Origin: Neovahlkampfia damariscottae
Taxonomy: Eukaryota
Direction: 5' to 3'
DNA: 33,957 nucleotides
Assembly (NCBI GenBank): GCA_016618085.1
Contig: JABLTG010000193.1
Span: 1 to 33,957, forward strand
Shown here: positions 12,453-23,994 of the stretch, one piece after another
How the letters are laid out: every line of letters begins with the position of its first letter
Position numbering within the stretch: position 1 is the first letter of the stretch
Notes under the pieces: model-generated
The model's input: the letters and a program-made list of their open reading frames with translations, nothing else
Databases searched by the model: none
Told to the model about the DNA's origin: nothing
Position numbers and translations under genes: made by a program

Positions 12453-13157
12453 ATGTCAGCAATAACAAGAGCAAAAGAAGCCATGAAACTTGGTTCAAAT
12501 TATCCAAAGTTTGAAATTGAAAAAATCAACAAAAAAAATGGAAACACAGTCAAAGAAGAAACTTTTGATGAAACAACAAGACTATGCAGATTTCACTCAG
12601 ACAACCCAAACATTCAAGTAAATCTTCACCATAGAGCGTTACATATCGACACTGCATATGGAACCGATATTTTGGTGATGACTTTAAAGAATAGAAGCAT
12701 GCCTTCAACGTTAAATATCCAAATAAGTGAATTTTACGAATCACAAGTGAAAGTTTTTATTCAGTTAGAGAGACTTGTTCATTTATCCACTGAAGCACAT
12801 TTTGAAAAAGAGGTTAATCCAAAAACATACATCACCATTGATGAAACTGAAAATTTATTCGATTTTATGTTTTGTTCTGGAAGTTACTCACTTTCTTATC
12901 AAGTAAAATCATCAAATAGAGACAAAAAAGAATTTCACATTTTGAAATTTCTTTTTTTTTATCAAGGTGTTAATGTTTGTGTTGTTGAATCTCCACCAAT
13001 CATCGTGGATTCACAAAACAAAGACGAAACAGTTCCAATGAAAAAAAACAAAAGAAAAACCGAAAATGAACTCAAAGAACCTTTAAACAAACATCAAAAG
13101 AAATCAGAAATTGATTCTCTATTTGGAGAACTTATTTCAATTTTCGATGAACTTTAA
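12453..13157 (+). CDS. Putative Ig-fold DNA-binding protein
   Basis: Likely start ATG 12453 just after CCAAT boxes; C-terminal FHILKFLFF...VESPPIIVDSQ plus basic KKNKRK. Confidence 0.55.
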   Translation: MSAITRAKEAMKLGSNYPKFEIEKINKKNGNTVKEETFDETTRLCRFHSDNPNIQVNLHHRALHIDTAYGTDILVMTLKNRSMPSTLNIQISEFYESQVKVFIQLERLVHLSTEAHFEKEVNPKTYITIDETENLFDFMFCSGSYSLSYQVKSSNRDKKEFHILKFLFFYQGVNVCVVESPPIIVDSQNKDETVPMKKNKRKTENELKEPLNKHQKKSEIDSLFGELISIFDEL

Positions 13158-13416
13158 AAGAAGATTGACCAGTTTGTACATGAAACTAATTCATGTATCT
13201 ATATACAAATATGCACAAATGTTTATCATTCTTCATTTCATGCTATTTCCAAATTAGATTATATCTGCTATGCTGACATAAATTATGTATCAAAGAACCA
13301 AGTTCAAAGATTCAATTTGAATGATTTCATTTTTTGAATCTTTGAAAAAGTTTGACATTCTCACCAAATCTCTTTTTCCAAATGAGGAGTTTAACCAATC
13401 ATTTTCATTTTTTTTT

Positions 13417-14877
13417 ATGAACATTATTTTCATCAATTCATTCTCAAGTCTTCTCACTGAAAAAAAATTTTGGTGGAAAGTATTACCAACTTCAATACCA
13501 TCTCCTTATTTAATATCATTTAATAAAACATTAGGTGAATATCTTGGTATCAAATACAAAGAAGAAGAAATTAATTATTTTTGTGGAAATGAAATACAAA
13601 AAACGGCTATGCCTTTATCAATGATATACTCAGGACATCAATTTGGTTATTATACACCACAACTTGGTGATGGAAGAGCTATTTTATTGGGAGATGTACA
13701 AGCTCCTTCTGATAAAAAGTTATATGATTTAGTGTTAAAAGGAGCTGGTTTAACACCTTTTTCAAGAATGGGTGATGGAAGAGCTGTTCTAAGAAGTTCT
13801 ATACGTGAATATCTTGCTTCAGAATCAATGTTTTATCTTGGAATTCCAACCTCAAGAGCTCTATCATTAATTGGTAGTGATATGAAAATTCAAAGAGAAA
13901 AAAAAGAAACAGTAGCTGTTGTGATGCGGATTGCTGAATCACATATACGTTTTGGTTCCTTCGAAATTTATTACTATTCAAAATTATTTGACATGTTAAA
14001 AGAATTAACCAATTATACCATTGAAAATCATTTTTCTGAGCTTTTAGTTGAAAAAGAAGATTCAAAAAGGTATTTAAATTTCTTAAAATCGGTCATTGAA
14101 TTAACTGCAAAAATGATTGCAAAATGGCAAGCATTTGGATTTGTTCATGGAGTTATGAACACAGATAATATGTCAATTTTAGGATTAACTTTTGATTATG
14201 GTCCTTTTGGATTTTTGGATGATTATAATGAAGATCAAGTTTTCAATTGTTCTGATGATTTGGATAGGTATTCATTTTCAAAACAACCTTCTATTGGTTT
14301 ATGGAATTTGAAAAAATTGGGAATTGCACTTTCACCTTTGATTGAAAATGAAGAAGAAATAAAGAAAGAAATTGATAATTATAATGTTATTTTCAAGAAA
14401 GAATATGAATATCTAATGAATCAAAAGTTAGGATTAAAGAATGATGATAAATTGATTTATACACTTTTGTCAATTCTTCATCATTGTAGAATAGATTTCA
14501 CAATATTTTTCAGAAGAATTTCACATTATGAAATTGGAAAACATGAAAAATTTATGGAACTCTTTGAAAATTCTTCAAAAATATTTCAAGAAAAATTTAC
14601 TGTTTGGTTAATGAAATATGATAAAATATTGATAGAACAGGGGAATAACAATGATTTAGAAAGATCTGTTGAACTGTGTAAAGTAAATCCAAAATACGTT
14701 TTAAGGAATCATTTATTGGAAACTGCAATTCAAAAAGCTAAAAATGGAGATTTTTCTGAAGTGAATAAATTGTTGGAGATAATGAAAACACCATTTGATG
14801 AAAAAGAAGAGTATGAAGACTATGCTGATTTTCCACCTGAATGGGCAAAAGACTTACACTTAACATGCTCTTCATAA
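13417..14877 (+). CDS. SELENOO: Selenoprotein O / YdiU protein adenylyltransferase (Cys form)
   Basis: YSGHQFG, QLGDGRA, LKGAGLTPFSRMGDGRAVLRSSIREYL, HGVMNTDNMSILG, DYGPFGF, NPKYVLRN and C-terminal TCSS. Likely start ATG 13417. Confidence 0.97.
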   Translation: MNIIFINSFSSLLTEKKFWWKVLPTSIPSPYLISFNKTLGEYLGIKYKEEEINYFCGNEIQKTAMPLSMIYSGHQFGYYTPQLGDGRAILLGDVQAPSDKKLYDLVLKGAGLTPFSRMGDGRAVLRSSIREYLASESMFYLGIPTSRALSLIGSDMKIQREKKETVAVVMRIAESHIRFGSFEIYYYSKLFDMLKELTNYTIENHFSELLVEKEDSKRYLNFLKSVIELTAKMIAKWQAFGFVHGVMNTDNMSILGLTFDYGPFGFLDDYNEDQVFNCSDDLDRYSFSKQPSIGLWNLKKLGIALSPLIENEEEIKKEIDNYNVIFKKEYEYLMNQKLGLKNDDKLIYTLLSILHHCRIDFTIFFRRISHYEIGKHEKFMELFENSSKIFQEKFTVWLMKYDKILIEQGNNNDLERSVELCKVNPKYVLRNHLLETAIQKAKNGDFSEVNKLLEIMKTPFDEKEEYEDYADFPPEWAKDLHLTCSS

Positions 14878-14938
14878 ATGTTTCTTGTGAAAAATTTAAA
14901 CATTTATTTAAAAAAAAAAAGGTTCTGAGTTCTGAATT

Positions 14939-17900
14939 TTATTCACTTGACTCTCTCATCAATTGAATGTATTTTTGTATCATTTTAATATGTCCCAATT
15001 TTCGAATGTTCAAAAATTGTAAAAATTCTGAAGTTTCATTCAATTCCAATAAAGTTTCCCCATTAATTTCATTTTTCATAAATTCTTCTTCATAAATTCC
15101 AAGATTCATTTCATTCAACCATTTCCCAACTCTTTTTTTTGACCATTGAATAACTTCTCGGTGGCCATACACTTTTGATGGATTGATAAATGAATATCTT
15201 GAAGAATAAGAAATATAAAAAGGAGATATTTCTTTGGAATTCCTTTTGTTTTCTTCACTTCCTTGTGATGATTTATTGTCTTTTGAGTAATCAAATGAAT
15301 GAGACATTGAACTATCAAAAGACATTTTTGGTGATTTTTCTGAAAGAACACTCTGCAAACCATCATCCATGATCAAAGAAATTGAAGGTTTATGATGATG
15401 TCTATCATCTTCACTTGAAAAAGAACTTATCAATGATGTTGCTGTTTCATCATCTTCTGTATTGTCTTCTGGAGCATATGTAGTATCATCAAAATTATCT
15501 GTCATCAAATTTGTTGGAATTTCCATTTGATCATGTTCACCTTTCAATTTTTTCAAGATTTCTTTTGCAGTTGGTCTTTGTGTAGAATTTTGTGATAAAC
15601 AAGAAGATGCAATATCAAAGAAATCTTTTGAGTATTTATCTCTAATTGGATCAAAACATTCATCTAAATAATCTTGTTTTCTTTTCATAAATTTTGAATA
15701 ATGCATTCTCTTTTTAATCAATAATTCAAAAACGATCATTCCTGCAGCCCAAACATCAACTGATAAATCATAAGGTAATCCAGTTCTTTGTTCAGGTGAC
15801 ATGTATTCAATTGTCCCACAAAATGTTGTTGCTGATTCTTCATTTGATTCTCTTGCTAATCCTAAGTCACCAATTTTTATTGTTCCATCAGATATCAACA
15901 TGATATTATTCGGTTTTATATCTCTATGAATAATAGACTTCGAATGAAGATAAGCAAGACCATCAAATAATTGAATAAGAATATTTCTTAAGACCTCTTC
16001 TTTAATTGGTTCTTTTTGTTTAATGATTTTATATAAGTCACCATCATCACAAAAGTCCATAACAATATCTATTCAGTCAGAATTAGTTAACTAAATATTT
16101 TTGAATTTTACTTAAGCTGCAATAACCTTCTGTATTTGATTTTGATGATAAAAAGAAATCAACAACAGAAAGGATAGAAGGATGACTTAAACCTACATAG
16201 GATCTCATTTCTTGGAAATCTTTGTTGATCTCACTGAATGGAGTTTCATTGAATCTCTTTAAAGCAAATTCTTTTCCATCTGATTTTCTAACAACTCTAT
16301 AAACTCTAGCTTGTCCACCAATCCCAATTTGTTTCACAATTTCATACTTCTCTGAAAAACTGGAATTTTTTGAATCTTTTGTTTCATCAACTTTTGATAG
16401 TAAATGAAGTTTTTCACCAGACAACTCTTTCAAAGTATCAATGATATCTGATAAATCAGGTCTTTCTTCAGGATTTGTTTTCCAAGATTCTTGAATAATC
16501 TCTAAAAACTTGACAACTTTTGAGTCATCTTCATTGTCAAATATTAAAGTGTTTAATTTATTTTTAGATAATGCTCTTTCATTTTTTTCGATGATTCTTT
16601 TAACAACTTTTTCAGTATCATATTTATCTCGAGATAATCTTGCTTTTGAATACATTTCATACATTACAGTTCCTAATGAAAAAACATCACTTTTTGGTGT
16701 TGGTTTTTTTCCCTTAAGAATTTCTGGACCCACAAAGTAAGGACATCCAACAACTTTTTCAATAATTTCTGTTGTTAAAAGAACATCATTTTTAACATAA
16801 GAATGATATGTTAAAAAGAAATCAGATAAAATGACATGATTTTCATTGAATTGAATTCTATTTTTAGAAAGATTAAAAAATTACCTTCTCGTTGTGAGAA
16901 CACCATAAATTAAATCTAATGAGTGTAGATATTTCAAACCATTAGCTATTTGCAAAGTGAATTTGATCAATTCATCAATGGATAATTTTAATTCTTTATG
17001 ATGAAGAAAATTTGATATCGATCCTGAAGATAATTGTAAAACAAGGCAATAATGTGGATCTTCAGCAACAAAACATTTAAATTCAGTAATACAAGGATGT
17101 TTCAATTTTTTCAAAATTTTTGCTTGTTCCATTAATTTCTCAATTTTTTCAGGATCTGAAGGATCTTTAATCTCTTTGATGGCTACTGGTTGATTTCTCC
17201 ATTTTCCTTCAAAAACTCTGACAAATGCATTTTCAGCAATTTGTTTATCAATCTCTAATTCTGAATATGGTACACTCATCATTTTGATATACTCATCCAA
17301 ATTAGTTGTCAATAATTGATCAATTAATTGAAATTTATCATCTCCACCAAGTAAATTCTTCAATTTAATTCATAATTTTCTTACTAAATTTCCTTGGGAA
17401 AACAGTAAATGATATGATTTGTTTTTAATAACTTCATCACCTAAACCAATTTTAACCCATTTTAAATTATCTAATCTCATCATATACAAATAATTTTGAG
17501 GTTTCTTTTGTGAACCAATAAATCCACCAAACATAATTACAATACCACTTCGAGTTAATAAATTAGCTTTGATTCTTTTAGTTGGTTCATTTTTTGTTTT
17601 CAATTTGGAGATTTTTTTTCTATCTAAATTTAACAAATAGGTATCATTTTGTAAATTAGATGAATCTTTTCCTCCAAAAATCATCATTTGGTCTCCATAT
17701 ATACAAACAGAATGTGAACTTCTTCTTGGAAATGTTTTACCAATTGTTTCATTTATAATTAAAGGACTCCATGAAAGTGTTGAAAAATTGAAAATAAAAC
17801 AATCAGAAAAAACTTTTTTTGATGATTGTTCACCTCCATAAATGATCATTGTGTTTTTATACCAAACTGATGAATGATTGCTTCTTGGTGAAGGTGGATT

Positions 17901-18303
17901 TCCTTTATATTCAACTTCTGTCCATTTATAAGTATTTAAATCTAAAAAGTGTAAATCATTCAATTTTTTGTCTTCTGGAGTGGTTCCACCAAAAATAAAA
18001 TAAAATTCATGATGAAGAGTTCCTGTATGTCCGTATCGCGAAGTTGGTGATTTTCCATTTGTTTCAATCATATTCCATTCTTTCTTTTTCATGGATAGTT
18101 CATATACATGATTATCCTTTCCTGGATAACCTCCGTAAATTAAAATTGAATAATTTATATGATTGAAAGTGGCTGTATAATCTTTTATGGTTTTTGGTAC
18201 ATTATCAAAATTGTGTACAGGTATATCATCGTTTTGGAATGAAAAAGCTGATTGAAAGATTTGTCAATTGTTTTGTTTGTAGCTTACTGGCTTGATTACC
18301 CAT
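14939..18303 (-). CDS. Kelch-repeat / pseudokinase / Ser-Thr kinase / SAM multidomain protein
   Basis: Start MGNQAT at 18303 (intron after codon 5). Kelch repeats; kinase 1 with VAIK but YGVL in place of HRDL; kinase 2 with GIGGQ, ALK, HRDIKPNN, DLG, SPE; C-terminal SAM (WSKKRVGKWL..F..NEINGETLLEL..LGH). The four ORFs are joinable by short GT-AG introns. Confidence 0.85.
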
Positions 18304-18597
18304 TTGTTAGCCAATGGTATCGTTTTGAAAAATGACCAGTTATTGTAAAATTATTTGTCATTGTTTTTTCCTATGACAACTTTATTCTTTGGATTGCTCT
18401 TTTTTGTTGATCAATTTCCACCTGGAACGAAACAACCAGCTGAAATTCTTTCTTTTGGAATTCAAATTTGCCATATCTTAATTCTCCAATCGTATTACAA
18501 AAATTCAATAAAAATTTGATCCAATTTTCAAACTTTTCATTTGTTTTTTTCCAGAAAGGCAATTGGATAATTTCATGGTTCAATTTTCGTCTGTGTC

Positions 18598-19064
18598 ATG
18601 TTTAAAAAATTTTTATTTTTATTCAACTCAAATATACCAAAAAACAAACTGAATTTTGAATTTATGAGAAGCTCAGGTCCAGGAGGACAAAATGTAAACA
18701 AAGTCAACACAAAAGTTTTACTAAAATTCCACATTGAATCAGCTGACTGGATCACAGAACACATAAAAAAAAGATTAAATGAGCTGTATCCAAATAAAAT
18801 AAACATGAATGGAGAATTTCAACTAACTTCAAGTGTTTACAGAACACAAGAACAAAACATTAATGGTAAAAAAAAAAAATCAACTGAATTTGCTTGAAAG
18901 ATGCAATGAAAAAGTTGGAAAAGATAATTGAAGAAGCTACAATTGTACCAAAAGTACGAAAAATTAATTTGAACAGAACAAAAAAAGGAGATGCTCAAAG
19001 ATTGAAGGAGAAAAAATTGAACTCGGAAAAAAAATCAAGAAGACAACAAAAGTATTATGATTAA
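18598..19064 (+). CDS. ICT1: Peptidyl-tRNA hydrolase ICT1/ArfB (mitochondrial rescue factor)
   Basis: RSSGPGGQNVNKVNTK, RTQEQN|DAMKKL across one intron, basic tail RLKEKKLNSEKKSRR; stop 19062-19064. Confidence 0.92.
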
Positions 19065-19142
19065 TGTGAAAAAAGAACATTTGTTGCTCTAACATCTGAT
19101 TCTAAAAATAAACTATTTATTATTGGATAAAATTATAAACTA

Positions 19143-22100
19143 ATGGGTTTGTGGAACAGGTTGAAAGAACTGCTTGGTGTCAGTGAAGAAAGATTTCCGA
19201 AAAAGGTTGGCTTTGAATATGAATTCAAAGAAGTATTTAATTTTCCACTGGATTTTGATAAATCCACTCTCGAAGAAATAACAAAAATTATTTTAGAAGA
19301 ATTTTCAAAAGTGTTAGTTGAAAAAAACCTTTTGGAAACAAATTGGTCAACTTCATCATGGAAAGAAGCTTCTAAAAACTTTATTTCAAGAATTAATTCA
19401 AAATTAGAAAAATTTCACAAATTTATTAATTTTGAAAAACTCTACAAGCTGTTATACGAAGAGTTCTGGTGGAAATTATATGGCTTAACAAATTATAAAG
19501 AATTTGCTCATATTTTATCATCAGAAGAATTGGAATTAAAAAATAATGAAAAAATGAACGAAAATTCAATAACAAATTCTCAAGATGGTGTTTATACACT
19601 TTCAAAACAATTTCAAGATTTTATAAGATATTTCATATGGGGATATCATTATGGTGTTCAATTTAAAAAAAAAGAAAAATCATGGTGGTGCTCTATTTTG
19701 AGTGATTTAAATGATGTTGATGATATTATTTTGATTGACATGGACAATGCAGGGAGGTCACTTCAATTGTTGAAAAAAGAAAATTTTAACTTTAAAAAAA
19801 CAAAATTTATTGGTATTTGTGGCCATGATTTAAAGGAAACAAAAATTATTAAAGAATCAGCAGAAGCAGGAAACATTTTACTTTATAAATTAAATTTGAT
19901 TCAGTCTTTGGAAGATTTTGATGATTTAGAGAAATATTTGAATCATTTCTATGAAAAGGGTTATCACAAGAAATATAAGAATGCAGCTGATTATGCATTG
20001 TCTGCTTTTTGTGGTGCAATTCATCGTTTATTTTCATTGGATGTTAGAGTTTGGATAATTTCATCAGATGATGGTTTAGAATGGCCTGTAAAAAATTTAA
20101 CAATGAGAGGAAGATTAAGTTACAGAATACCTCAAGATGATATGATTTTTGTTCTAAAAACTAAAATTAATGAAGAAATCATTCCAAAAGGAAAATTAAA
20201 AAATTATGTTAATTTCCAAAGCAAAAAAATTATCAAAAAAAAAGAATTGGAATTCAAACAAAGCTATTTTGATGAAAGTGAAATTCAAAAAGGATATTTC
20301 ATGACAGATGAAAAATTAAATTCCAAATTCGAACAACATCTTGGAAAAATTCTATCCAATGAAATCAATGATGATGTGAAATATCTCAAAACTAGAGGAG
20401 CTAGAATTGGTAAAAATGGATCAATTTTATTTTCAAATTCTACTTCAACTATTAAAGAATTGAAAGAAATTGATTTAAGAGGAGGACGAATCACAGATGA
20501 TGGAATAGAAAACATCCTAAAAAATCTACCAAAAGAACATTTAAAAACATTAGATTTATCTTCTTGTTTCATTGCCGACTCAGGTACAACTCACATTGCA
20601 AATTATTTTGAAAAATCAAAATTGAGGACTTTAGACATTAGATGGAACAAAGTATCCTATTTTGGTGCAGTTGAATTATCTAAAGCACTGCAAAAAAATA
20701 ACACATTACATACATTGATTTTGAAAGACAATAAATTAACCTATGAGGGTGTTCAATCATTGTTGAATACCAATAATACAACACTAAACAATTTAGATTT
20801 AAGAAAATGTTCACAAGAAGATGTATCATTCCTATTTAAGGAAGAAATTAAATTAAAAGGTCTTTATCATCTAGATATTAACTCATGTAATATTTCTGAT
20901 GGCTTTTCAAATTTGACTAAATTTTTAATCTCAAATGATCATATGTTGACAAAATTAATTTTGGATTTCAATCCATTGGGGGTAGAATCAGCAAATTTGA
21001 TCCAAGAAATACTCGAGAAAAATACAACTTTAGTGCTCTTGAGTATTGCAAGAACTAATATGAATGATGAAGCAATTGAGTACATTTCCAAAGGATTAAA
21101 GAAGAATGTATCACTTACCCAGATAGATCTTCAAAGAAATCAAATTGGAGATTATGGAGTTTCTTTACTTGCTGATATTTTGAATGAAAATCAAACACTA
21201 TATCATATTGGTCTTCGGAGAAATATAATTGAAGATTTGGGTGCTATTTCACTTTCCAAAGCATTGTCAAAAAATGTTTCGATTGGTGTCTTAGATCTTG
21301 CATACAATAATATCTCAGGGATTGGTATTTCTGCCATTGGAAAAGCTTTGAAAACAAATTTCACGCTTCAAGAGTTGAATCTCAAAAACAATCCTATTGG
21401 TGATTTTGGAGTGATGGAAGTTTTTCAAAATTTGAATAATATTCAAACACTACATGTTAATGAATGTGATTTGAAATCAGAATCATTAGATTGTTTACAG
21501 TCATGTTTGACATCAAAACTTACTATTTTGAAAATCAGTGGAAATAGAATTGGAAAGAATTCAATGATCAAAGATGTTTCGAAATTCAATGATTGGATGC
21601 CAAATTTTTCCGACCAATTTGATCAAAGTGGATTATTAGGTTCTTTATTGACTCAAAATTTAGCTCATTTAGATCTTTCAACGAATCAATTAGGTGATGA
21701 TTCCCTTAATATGTTGCTTGTTGATTCACTATTAAATTCTAATAATTTGTTTCATTTGAATTTGTCGTCAAATCAAATCACACCAAAAGGCGCTTCAAAA
21801 ATTTCAAAAATTTTAAAAGAAAATAAATCTATTGTGACTTTGCAATTGTCAAACAATGAACTATGTGATGAAGGTATGAATGAAATTATGAATGGTTTGG
21901 AAAAGAATCATACTTTGACAGCATTGAATGTTGATTCAAATTCAATTTCACCAAAGGGATTTGTTTCAATCTGTGATTTTATTAAATCACCTGAATCAGT
22001 TTTTTCAATTTTCTTTGCTTGTAACAATAAAGTAACTGATGATACTTTGGATATTTTGGTTGATTCAATTTCAAAGAGTGATTCCATGATTATGTTAAAT

Positions 22101-22211
22101 TTAGAAAGAAATAGTTTATTGACCGATGAAGGGAAGTTCAAATTACTTAGTGGATGCGCTAAAGTGTCTCAAAATGCTAATTATCTTGTTCCATTTCAAG
22201 TTTACTTGTGA
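19143..22211 (+). CDS. NYN/PIN-like domain fused to ribonuclease-inhibitor-type LRRs
   Basis: IILIDMDN...KNAADYAL...WIISSDDG acidic motifs, followed by about 20 LRRs of ~28 aa (LxxLDLxxNxIGDxG..L..NxTL). Confidence 0.8.
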   Translation: MGLWNRLKELLGVSEERFPKKVGFEYEFKEVFNFPLDFDKSTLEEITKIILEEFSKVLVEKNLLETNWSTSSWKEASKNFISRINSKLEKFHKFINFEKLYKLLYEEFWWKLYGLTNYKEFAHILSSEELELKNNEKMNENSITNSQDGVYTLSKQFQDFIRYFIWGYHYGVQFKKKEKSWWCSILSDLNDVDDIILIDMDNAGRSLQLLKKENFNFKKTKFIGICGHDLKETKIIKESAEAGNILLYKLNLIQSLEDFDDLEKYLNHFYEKGYHKKYKNAADYALSAFCGAIHRLFSLDVRVWIISSDDGLEWPVKNLTMRGRLSYRIPQDDMIFVLKTKINEEIIPKGKLKNYVNFQSKKIIKKKELEFKQSYFDESEIQKGYFMTDEKLNSKFEQHLGKILSNEINDDVKYLKTRGARIGKNGSILFSNSTSTIKELKEIDLRGGRITDDGIENILKNLPKEHLKTLDLSSCFIADSGTTHIANYFEKSKLRTLDIRWNKVSYFGAVELSKALQKNNTLHTLILKDNKLTYEGVQSLLNTNNTTLNNLDLRKCSQEDVSFLFKEEIKLKGLYHLDINSCNISDGFSNLTKFLISNDHMLTKLILDFNPLGVESANLIQEILEKNTTLVLLSIARTNMNDEAIEYISKGLKKNVSLTQIDLQRNQIGDYGVSLLADILNENQTLYHIGLRRNIIEDLGAISLSKALSKNVSIGVLDLAYNNISGIGISAIGKALKTNFTLQELNLKNNPIGDFGVMEVFQNLNNIQTLHVNECDLKSESLDCLQSCLTSKLTILKISGNRIGKNSMIKDVSKFNDWMPNFSDQFDQSGLLGSLLTQNLAHLDLSTNQLGDDSLNMLLVDSLLNSNNLFHLNLSSNQITPKGASKISKILKENKSIVTLQLSNNELCDEGMNEIMNGLEKNHTLTALNVDSNSISPKGFVSICDFIKSPESVFSIFFACNNKVTDDTLDILVDSISKSDSMIMLNLERNSLLTDEGKFKLLSGCAKVSQNANYLVPFQVYL

Positions 22212-22766
22212 TTTATTAAAGTTCAAATGATGATCAAATTGGACAATTTGATGAATCAATAATTTTTTCTTTTATTTAATTTCAAATTAAATTTTTGTTT
22301 TGAATCTTCTTGAAAATTGAAATTCGAATCTCCAGGAAATGAATTTCAGTCCATTTTTAATTTCCCTACGAATTTTGTTCAATTAAATCATACCCTAAAC
22401 ATATCCATTCATTTGATGTTTTTTGTAAACATTCATCTTAAAGACCTCAGGAAGGATTACAGATTTCAATCAATTAATTTGATTCATCTTTTCAATTGTT
22501 TATCAATCACTTCAATTTTATTCATCATAACATTTCATTAATCATTTCAATTTCTAGTTTCTAGTTTAACCATTATTTTTTTTAAAGTAGTTTAGAAACA
22601 ACTTGGACAATTTTTGAGCATAATTTGAGTGGAAAGATTGATGGAAAGTTAGAAAAATACATAATTTTCAAAAAAAAAATTAGTTGAAAAATTGTGGAAT
22701 TTTCCATTTTTCTTGCTAATATTGATTGGTGATTTTGTACCAATCATTTTCCACAACAGAAAGAAC

Positions 22767-23945
22767 ATGAAAGAGAATGAAGAACCATGGTTGGACTTAT
22801 GCCAACTCCTTTTTCCTTCAATTGAAGAAGAAGAAAGTGAACAATTGTGTTCAATTCCAATATTAATGTCAAAATATCCACCTCCAGATGATGTCTGGGA
22901 CAGTTCAAGTTTGTTTCAGTTCAGAGAAACTTCACCAACAGAATTTGATGGAAAACTAAAAGAAGAAGTGTTCAATCCAGACGATTTTTTTGAAGTACCA
23001 GCTAGTCCAAAAGTCATTGTTTCATTTCAACCAAATGAAGAAGAACCAATGTATGAAGTTAACAACAGAAAAAAAACAACTTTAAATTTTCAACTTCAAC
23101 ATGGTGATTTATTTCCACATGACAAGAAGCTATTTGTCAAAATGAAGGTTTTCGGTTCAAATGAATTAGAACATTCAGAAGAAAGTGAAATACATAATAT
23201 AGTTGATATGCATCAAAATTTTTATATTCACAAACAAGACTTTCAAAAATTTTCTTTAAGCTTTAAATTTACAGAAACTTTTGCTATTTCTGGTTACAAA
23301 TTTTATAGACTTGATATCAACTTTTACCAGGAAACAACATTCATTGATGAAAAGATTCTGGAACCTTTTGATGTTTGGAAATCAAAGAAGTTCAAAGTTC
23401 GTTCAAGAAAAAGAGAAATCAAAGAAATTTTAGATCCACCAGATACTGACAAATCACCACCACTCAAAAAACCAAAAATTCCAGCTAAAAAATACAAACA
23501 AATTACTTCAAATGCTTTTCAAATAATTAAAGGAAATGATCAAAATATTTCAGTATCTTTTGTGAAAGGATTACTTGAAACTGATAAATCAATTAAATTG
23601 ATCAACAACAGCCTCAAAACTCAATTATCTATTGAAAATTCAAACATGAGTTCTAGAATCTATATTCAAACTCAAGTATTTGATATTCAAGGAGAAGAAG
23701 TAACAAAACAAGATAAACCAATCACTGGAGCTAAAAACAAATCTTCATTTTTATTAACAAAGAAAGAAATATCTTTCAAATTTACACGTACATCAAATGG
23801 AAACAAAAATCCATGGAAATTAAGGATTTCAATTTTTAAGGAGGAAAACTTGAATTGTCCATTTTTCATTGCGGAATCTGTTCCATTTACAATTATTGCC
23901 AAAATTACAGAGAAACAAAATTCTCTTGACCTCAAAACTCAATAA
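22767..23945 (+). CDS. Putative DNA-binding protein with two tandem Ig-fold-like domains
   Basis: Likely ATG 22767 after CCAAT boxes; acidic N-terminus; repeated (L/I)SFKFT...(F)YRLDINFY/WKLRISIF...SKKFKVRSR/SVPFTIIAK. Confidence 0.6.
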   Translation: MKENEEPWLDLCQLLFPSIEEEESEQLCSIPILMSKYPPPDDVWDSSSLFQFRETSPTEFDGKLKEEVFNPDDFFEVPASPKVIVSFQPNEEEPMYEVNNRKKTTLNFQLQHGDLFPHDKKLFVKMKVFGSNELEHSEESEIHNIVDMHQNFYIHKQDFQKFSLSFKFTETFAISGYKFYRLDINFYQETTFIDEKILEPFDVWKSKKFKVRSRKREIKEILDPPDTDKSPPLKKPKIPAKKYKQITSNAFQIIKGNDQNISVSFVKGLLETDKSIKLINNSLKTQLSIENSNMSSRIYIQTQVFDIQGEEVTKQDKPITGAKNKSSFLLTKKEISFKFTRTSNGNKNPWKLRISIFKEENLNCPFFIAESVPFTIIAKITEKQNSLDLKTQ

Positions 23946-23994
23946 CTCAAACCTCAAATTACTTTTTCGCTTGATCTTGAAATTCAAAAAATCA

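Noticed and set aside
13321..13416. ORF-track N-terminal extensions of SelO, 12366 and 22692 ORFs
   Set aside because: They run through poly-T/CCAAT promoter sequence; downstream ATGs (13417, 12453, 22767) fit better.
14860..14940. Selenocysteine/SECIS in SelO
   Set aside because: The C-terminus is ACA TGC TCT TCA TAA (TCSS), a Cys form with no in-frame TGA; the 3' region is ~60 bp with no SECIS-like stem.
19143..22211. Canonical NLR (NACHT-LRR)
   Set aside because: No GxxGxGKS/T P-loop in the N-terminal region.
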